Source: Catajapyx aquilonaris (taxonomy: Eukaryota). Taken from it: DNA of 38,556 bases. The notes under the pieces are model-generated. The model was not told where the DNA came from. It saw nothing but the letters and a program-made list of their open reading frames with translations, and searched no databases. Where the stretch lies: the NCBI GenBank assembly GCA_000934665.2, contig KZ538966.1, positions 1 to 38,556 of the forward strand, read 5' to 3'. Made by a program: the position numbers and the translations under genes. Shown here piece by piece: positions 24,901 to 33,900 of this stretch (position 1 is its first letter; each line of letters opens with the position of its first letter).

Positions 24901-27873
24901 GTACACTTATTATAGAGGTGTCCACTTAGAGGTATAATAAAAGAAAAATTCATAACTTACAAAGTACTAGTTGTAATGACGGAAGCTGTGTGCCAGGTTA
25001 AAGAGCAGATATGAATTTTTTTTTAAAATGTCTAATACACTTCAACATGAACTCCACTGGTAGCGCAGCAAAGGTCAAACCGGAAGTCTGCCTCAACCCA
25101 TGCGTTGAGAAGCATTTTGGGGTGTTACCTTTTCAATTGCAACGCAAATTCTGTTGCGCAAGTCTGCCAAATTATGCACCTGTGTAGGCTACACCAGTCT
25201 TTAACTAACCACAACAGGAAAAAGTTAGGTAGAGTTAGGTTTGGTCATNNNNNNNNNNNNNNNNNNNGGGGGGCATGGAAAAAAAAGGGGGGGGGGACCT
25301 GTGATTTTGCACTTCAAGACCTCACACCAATCATTGCATTTAGGAGAATCCCATTTGTATTAATGAAGTGTATTAGTATATTGAGTGAATTAGGTATGTA
25401 AAAAAAATATTTAAATCTGCTCTTTAAACTGGCGCACACCTTCTGTCATTACAACTAGTAATTTGTAAGTTATGAATTTTTCTTTTATTATACCTCTAAG
25501 TGGAACACCCTGCATACTGCTGGCTGGACAACATATCAGTAAGAAGCACCAAATGTGTGTTGTTATGCAATAATGAGTCAACCCACATGAGATCAGTTTC
25601 GAGAAAAAGGGCTTTGAAGTTCATACCTGTGAAATTAATTCAGTGTTCTCTTCGGTCAGTTATGGCAGAAGTATGCAGATTGCGCCAGCATGATTTTAAC
25701 TGAATGAAGTAGGATCCTTTAGGTATATGTTCCTGGGCATAGCTCAATTTTGACATTTTTGTGGGTTGACAAATTATTGCACAACACCATCCAAATATAC
25801 ACAGGTCCTCCCCCTACCTCTTTCTCCTACCCATATCAGCCTGTCTTTTTGGCAGGGTCTAGGTTTATGGGAGGGATGGAGAAGGTTTTCTATAACAATC
25901 ATACTTAGGCTGCTCCACTTCAACCAATCCTTCATCATTTAGTTTGCCTTCCATTTTGCCTCTTACATCATCAGCTGGTAGGCAGTTTGGTCCATCAAGA
26001 AAAATAATGCTGCTCTCCTCTTTGTCAGTGATCCATGGTCGTTTCCAGGCCATCATGTTGCACAAGTAGGTACCACGTGACTCATCAATTGCACATTCAC
26101 TAATTGGAAGAGCTTGACCTTTGTGCTGCAATGAATAATAGTATGAATACATAGTTATTAACACGTGACAAATCATATAACAAATCATGTTAGTCATAAT
26201 TTGATAATTTGCTTTGCAGGTAAATAAAGATTCATTCTGGAGGTGCAGGGGGGATGTATATTACATTTTTTCTCATGGGACAGGCCAGCAACAGGGCAGT
26301 TTCAACCCCTTAAGGGCAGTATCAAATTTTTGTTTAAGTATTTTTTATTTTTTGCATTACCCCATTGGGATTTACCATATCCTTTAGGAGGGTGGCTTAC
26401 CACCATCAGAAATTGGAGCCATATAAGAAGATCTTAATTAATTACTCCAGGGTAGGTATGAGGGGATGTGCAATGTCTCTAAAGGCCAAAACACAAAAGA
26501 TTTTGCGGCAGTGTCAAGCGGCAAACGCCTGCCCCGCCAATTATTATTAATTATTGGCAATAACAAATATAAATAATAAATTTGCCGCGCGTTTTTTTTT
26601 TGTGAAATGGCCTTAATGGTCATTTTGCGAGCTCCCCCGGGTGGCTTAGTCTGTCGGAAATTGCCACCCGAAGTGAAGCCAGAGATGGCCCAACTCTGCA
26701 AGGATAAAGGTGGGAACCCCGGGTGGGGATCGAACCTGGGACCTTAATATCCGTGGGCGCGTGCGTTACCTTAGCGCCACTTCACCTCCCCGTTAAGGGC
26801 AGTATCAATAAGGGCTGGGCAAAGTACTGCAGGATTACGTGCATATAAGTCTGTCGCGTGCATACCGAATCGCCTACAGAAATTGACGGAAAACTCTGGT
26901 TCCTATATGTGAAATTTTAAGTTCGCAGACAAATTCTCCCATTTCAAGTTACAAAATAAAACTTGTTTCATGACAATTGAGCAATATTTGACAAAGTTAT
27001 TACATGTTTCAAATAGGGAGTTACTTTCCGACCACCCTGTATATTGGACGCTGGGAACAAATGAGTTAAAGGGAGTATTTCGTTATCTGCCCTTTTTAAA
27101 AGGAGCATTTTGTGAAATGGATGGTTTGAAAAGGGGTATTTCGTGATCTGCCCATTTTGAGAAGATCATTCTGTGAAATGGTCGCTTCTTTCGCTCAATG
27201 GCCATTTTCGGGGTTTGCACCTAACACATACAATACCATCCGTACTGGGTTTTTTTTCCAGCAAACCACTGCAGTGGCAAGCACGGACTTAATTCAAGCT
27301 ATTATGCTGACCCAACCAACTGTTACAGGTTAGCACAGAATCAGTTGTCACAAATGTGACAAGATATAAATAATCAGTCAGAAGTAAACCCAAAGATCTT
27401 TCTTTTCTGTGTCAATAATATCACATTCAATCAGTTGAACTGACTGTGAAAGAGAAATAGGTACAGCATGGCATGAGGAAGCATCCTATAATCTAGGTAT
27501 TGTTCCACACACATAAAATTTAAAACACTGACTGGGCCAATTTTGTCCCGAACTGAAGACGTTCTAGCCCCATCCAGTGTGACTCCACCTTTGCCACACT
27601 TTAATAGTAATCAGGGCGACACGGTGGCGGAGTGGTTAGCGCCACAGCCTTCCACCTCTAAGGTCCCGAGTTCGATCCCCGGGTCGCGCAAAGGATGCTT
27701 ATGTGGATCGAGTTTCGATGGGTTCTCTCCGTGTTCGCGTGGGTTTTCTCGGGGTTCTCCCGTTTCCTCCCGCAATCAAAATCCATCACATTACAGGCAA
27801 ATGATTAAAGTTCATGATTCAAAAGATGATCCCCTAAGAGGTCCAAGGGGCCTATCACGGGGTATCCATTTTG

Positions 27874-27933
<60 letters not shown>

Positions 27934-30900
27934 AGTAATCCTTATCATACATAATATCAATGAGGCCAATGAATTTAACTATATTTCCTGGATGCATATT
28001 AGCTCACCTTAATACAGAATGTGGCGGCAACTTCCAGAACAAGGTTAGTGATAAATCCATGTGACCCCGGTACAAGTGCATTTTCAGCACTCTTCACATT
28101 AACCAGCGACTGTTGAAACTGTGATGGTGAGTAGTGATTGATATACTGCAGGGCTCTCTGAGTGACCTCATTCACTTCTTCGAGTGTATTTGGCCCAGGA
28201 GCATCTTTCTGCTCATTGTCTAAGGCATAGCACCAGTATGCCCCCAGCAGGTGCTTCCCTTCCATTTCCACCTCACATGTTTCAAATCCTAAATCATCAC
28301 TACCACTCTGACTACTTCCAACTTTCAGAGTCATGTATATTTTTCCAGATGATTTCTGTAACAAAGGGCAGCTGGTATCAACTCTTAACATTAGCAACAA
28401 ATAACCCTCACCTGTAATCTTGCAGCCATAATATCTACTAAATCCTTCTGCCTTCCCATCTCCCTAGCTTGAATCTCTTCTACAGCAAGTTGTGCCATGC
28501 TTCGAACTGCATCATTCATGTCTAATGTTTCTAAACCATCATTGTGGTTGAATGTAGTATCTCCATCTCCAACTTCTTTTTCCACACATTCCGTGCCTTC
28601 TGCAACAACTTGACGCAAAGGCAACCAAGGCTGATCCCACACAACTACTCGACATATTTTTCCCCTTGACCCCAAAACAGTGTGGACGTCTATAGTCAGG
28701 ATGTACTTTGTTCCAGCAACAATCTGAAAATGAAACAAACCAAATCAAACAATCTGGATATCAGCACATTCATACCACATTGTATCTCATTAACTTAAAG
28801 AACTCGCATCACGCTCATACTTAGGGAGATGCAGACACGCGCTAACTGATGGGCACTTGCCATGTAAAAACTGATGTTTTTATTAATGCACTATCCAATC
28901 ACTTGGGAGCATGGTGGCCCAGTGGCTATGCTACTGGCCAGCCAAGCAGGAGGGCAGAGGTTAAAATCACATCCTATCACCGTCATTTTGTTCGTTCTTT
29001 TTACACTTTTCTACCGACATCCAGACAGATTTGCACTCCCTTCTCTGCTGAAGGCAAAGAGAAAAACTCTGGTATTTCATGGATCCAAAATGACCCAAAA
29101 ACTACCCAGGATCCCCTTTGAGAACCTTCCCCCTCCCCCCCCNCCCCCCATTTCAGCAATTGTATTCATGTCTAAACAATAAAGGTTCATGCAATATACC
29201 CACAGGGGTGTAAAAACCACCCAATATTATCGTTAGTGCTAGACTGCTAGTAGTAGTAGTATTTGTATGATGACTCTCTTATCACTAGACCTTTATCCCT
29301 GAAAGATAACTTCCACAACTAGCGTGTGAAGTGTCAAACTCGGTCATCACTTTCACGCAACAATGGTGGCCTTCAATAACTTGAGAGCTTACTCAGTAGA
29401 TGGTGCAATCCATGTTATGTTTTCATACATTACCAAATAAAATTCTATGCCTATACTTGCCCAACACCAATGAAGTTCGCCTCGCACGAAAATCACCTGC
29501 ATGTCAATGTTACAAATACGGTTACTTGAGAATGAATCATGTGTTAATCACACAACTTATATGCTAATGAGCACATGGAAGAGCAATGTTGGGGTGAGAT
29601 ATCAATGCATTTGTCAGTGGAACAAGACGAATAGGACAGTATTTATTTGGCGCACCAGGGGCAATGGGAGTTCGCCCAGAGCGCTAAACACCCCACAAAA
29701 CAGACTGATGCGATTGTGCCAGATAGGAAAAAATGTGCAGGTCTCTTGCCCTGCGCCACAATGCCATTACTCATTACACTCTGTGTCTGAAAATAACAAT
29801 CACGGGAGGTGGTAAGCCCATTCCTCCAGAGGTATGCAAGGTGATATGGAAGAGCTCTGAAGAAGGAAAGTCTGCGTATGTGGTTGCACAAGAAGGGTAT
29901 GTGCCATGCTCAATGGTAAGGGGCATCGCATGAAGTAACAAAACTACAAGAACCATCCAGAAAAACCTTATTATGGACGTAACCAGGCAACAGCAGCAAG
30001 GAAATACCACGCGGTGAGAAAAATTTGGGTCGCAAAATCGGCAAAAGGAGCAGCGACCATCAATTATAAAATGGTCAGAGGTGACCCAAAAGGTGGTCCC
30101 CACAACAACATGTTGACTGCATCGTGACATGAAGATGAACTTTTATGCGTAACTTCTCAAAGACTAACGGGGAATTCATGAAATCAGAACCTGGCCTCTT
30201 GACAATAGGACAAGAAACCACTCTTGATGGCACTGGAACAGGAAAAAGACTTGCTTGGGAGAAGGAATGGAAGCATTGGGCTCATCAGATGTGGAATTAG
30301 GCAAGTTTCGCAATGAATTAGTCAGTACAGGGACATCCATAATCGAGTACTGCAAACAAAGGAAGAGGTGTACCATCCCAATGTCTCACTAGAACCGTCA
30401 AACATGCACACAGAATTATGGTGTGGGGATGCATGGTAGTAGGCCTTGGCAACTTTCACGGCATCAATGGCACCATCGATACAGGCATGTTTCAGGAGAT
30501 TTTGAGAGACCATCCGCTGTGTGCGCCCTCAACAGCAACCTTACATCCGGATGTCAATGTAATATTTCAACAGGACTTTGCATCTTGCCAACACACCGGA
30601 AGCAGACAAGGGGATTGATATTCTACGTGGCCATCGAGGAGCCTGGACCTCAATCCGATTGAGACAGACTGGAAAATCATGAAGAAGGTACTTCAGAGGA
30701 AACATCCTCGCACCAAGGCATCCCTTGAGGGGCAAACTACAGGAGCTTCGGGACACCATCACACCAGCTGAGTGCCAGAGCTCATTCAACACGTCGTGTT
30801 GTGTGGAGGCCGTCATTGCTGCCCATGGCGATGTCACCTGCTTCTAGGCGAACTTTGTGGCGCGTTTAGCACTCAGGGCGAACTCCATTGCCCCGGCACG

Positions 30901-33900
30901 CTAAATAAATACTGTCTTATTCGTCTTGTTCCACTAACAAATGCATTGGTATCTCGCCCCAACATTGCTCTTATGTGGCTCATTAGCACATAAGGTGTGT
31001 GATTAAAACATGATTCCTTCTCAAGTAATTCGTATTTGTAACATCGACATGCAGGTGATTTTCGTGCTAGGCGAACTTCATTGGTGTTGGGCAAGTATGT
31101 GGATGCTTCAGACAGGTCTGCAGTACATACATTGTAAATTATGATGGTATGGAGAAGTCACTTATTGATCAAGTTCCTGGGTGTGAAGGGGTTAAGAGGT
31201 CAAAGGCAGTGTCCAATTTCATTGTGCTTAATTGATATCATTCCACAATTCGCATGACTCTTATTACAAGCATAAAATTAATACGTATCTGAGAGAAGCC
31301 CAGATTTTCTGCAACTACGCGTAGTAGGGGAGACAGGGGCACAGTTGAACATTTGAATTTTTATAAGAGATCCTGTTATACCCACACACCCAATATTTTC
31401 CGGCTTGGTGGAGGTACCCATTGGTAATGTAGGTGACTAATATATTCACAGGCAGTGCCATCCCTTTAAGCTAAAGTTTTTTTAGAAGCTGCGCTATGCA
31501 AATAGACCACTACACCCCGATACCCGGGGCACAGTGGTCCGGAAGTGATTGGGACCCCTCATTCACACAAATAGTAGCCTATATTTAATTTTTTATCCTA
31601 CATCTAACCCCCCTAAAGAAAAATAGGCAGTAAAACTGCAGAAAACTATTCTTCCTCTGGGCGAGATTAAAAGTAAGAAACAAGTCCATAGGTGGGGGTT
31701 GGTTCGTGTCATGGGGATGTGTGATAATTTAATTTAATTCAAAACATTTGGGCTTTGGGGCTGGGAAGAATTAGGCAGATATCGCTTTTATGTACTCCTC
31801 CGACTCTCATACGTACTCTGCCTATTTCTTCCCAGCCCCAAAGCACGAATGTTTTGAATTAAATTTAATTATCACACATCCCTATGACACGAACCAACCC
31901 CCACCTATGGACTTGTTTCTTACGTTTAATCTCACCCAGAGGAAGAAGTTTTCTGCAGTTTTACTGCCTATTTTTATTTAATTCTTTTCATCATCAGAAT
32001 TAAGTAATAGGGCACTGAAGGATCACTGATGACATCTTGAACGTCACTTATCACAGCCGTGGCACAGATTCTATGGTGTTGAGACTTATATTTGCGCATT
32101 TGTCTAATCATGGAAGGCACATTGAACTGGTGTTATTAGCCGAATAAGACCTGAACCATTTTATCTGCGGTTTCCGTTTACACAATTTCGGACTATATTC
32201 TCTCATGTTACAAACACAAGGTATTAAAATATATCCTGGCAGGTGTGCATCCGTCCACACAAGCTTACCTTTTTCATTTAAATTTTACGTGTTATCATGC
32301 AATTTAAATTTAGGATAGGTTCTCATTAGGTATAGCAGGCAATGGCCTAGGGCCCTAGGCGATGGAACTGTCACAGGCTATGTGCGAAACATACACACTG
32401 GTAAAATGCACTTTTTATTTGATGCTAATTTTCTTGGTAACTGCTTTGGACACCCATAATGCCTGTACTTAAAATGATCGCCTAGAACCGTTCTACCATC
32501 CCCCAAAGAGACGGTACGTTAAATATCTGTACCCTGTATATACAGGTGAAGGGATTCTCACGCATAAGTGCCAGGTAGAGTGACAGTATTCGCAAAACTA
32601 ATACAGTAAAACTTCTATAAGTCGAACTTCCCTCAGTCGAAGTTCTCTATAAGTCGAATAAAATGATGAGCTTGGTTGGTCACAATGTAAAATAATAGGA
32701 AATAATCTTCCCTAACTCGAATTTCTATAACTCGAAGTTCTCCATATACTGTGGGGGTGATTATGCATAGAGTGAACTGCTGGGGGCACTGATGAATGTT
32801 CAATTGGCACACAAGGATAATGTGTAAAAGTTTTTGTATCACACTACTACTCACTTTACGTTTCATGTGAACCACCCTTATACAGGGTGATGGGATTCTC
32901 ACGCATAAGTGCCAGGTAGACAGATAGTCCCCATAAAACTAATATAGGGATGTGCAAGCAGATTTTGGCAGCATTGCATAGTCAATGTGTATGGGCCCAT
33001 TCAAGTGTAGAGTGTTAGATGGTGGCATATGAGGTAAATGACAAAGTGCACAGGTGTCGCACCCGGATTCTTTGACAGGATTTGATCACCTATTGCACAT
33101 GGACGATGAGTTACGGACCCAAGGTCGGATTATTTGGAGGCCCCCGAGCTGACTTTTGCATCTTTGAAGCAGGATGAGTGGATGTGACATCACGAAACTT
33201 TGAAGGCCCTAATGCATTAACTACGCAATGGCGCCCAAAACTAATTGAATCGTGCAATTGCAACCCAATTGTGACAACTTCACTAATTTATTGAAACTGA
33301 TAATGAGCTGTATTTTAATTTTGGCACCTATAGATCAATTTAGTTTCCAATCCACTATACAGCACAGATATTTAAGTTCTGTTGACGTGCGCAGGAAGAG
33401 TTTTAGACGGTTTATTTTGATTCCGGGAAGGTTTGGTTTTCCACACTTGGGCCCTTGATGTATTGCACTATTCAATTGCACATCCCTATACAGTAAAACT
33501 TGTATAAGTCGAATCTCCATGGGACCGAAAAAAAACTTTGAGTTATAGAAGATTCGAGTTAGAGAAGTTTGGATTTTTTAAAACTCACATAACTCTATAA
33601 GGAAGCCTACCTTTATATCCAGCGACGAAAGGTGTTCAAAACATAAAAATAACTGTCCCTATCACACTTGCAATGTTCCTCGTTGTTTTGGTGTAAAAAA
33701 AATCTGTTATGGACATTTTGCCTACTCTTAGATTCAAGGATTCAATTGTCACAATCGAGTCAAACACTTCTTTCGGTACGTCTGGTAGACGGAGATCAGG
33801 AAATTGAGCCTTTCTGTACATGTGGCCTGTACTCTCGACCCTTTGGCTGGGAAATGAGAAAATTTTCCGTACTCGCCAACATGAACTTCGACCTAGGGAG

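Noticed and set aside
25249..25267. N runs next to G/C homopolymers (also 17098-17099 and 29143)
   Set aside because: Sequencing or assembly uncertainty, not biology; none falls in an exon.
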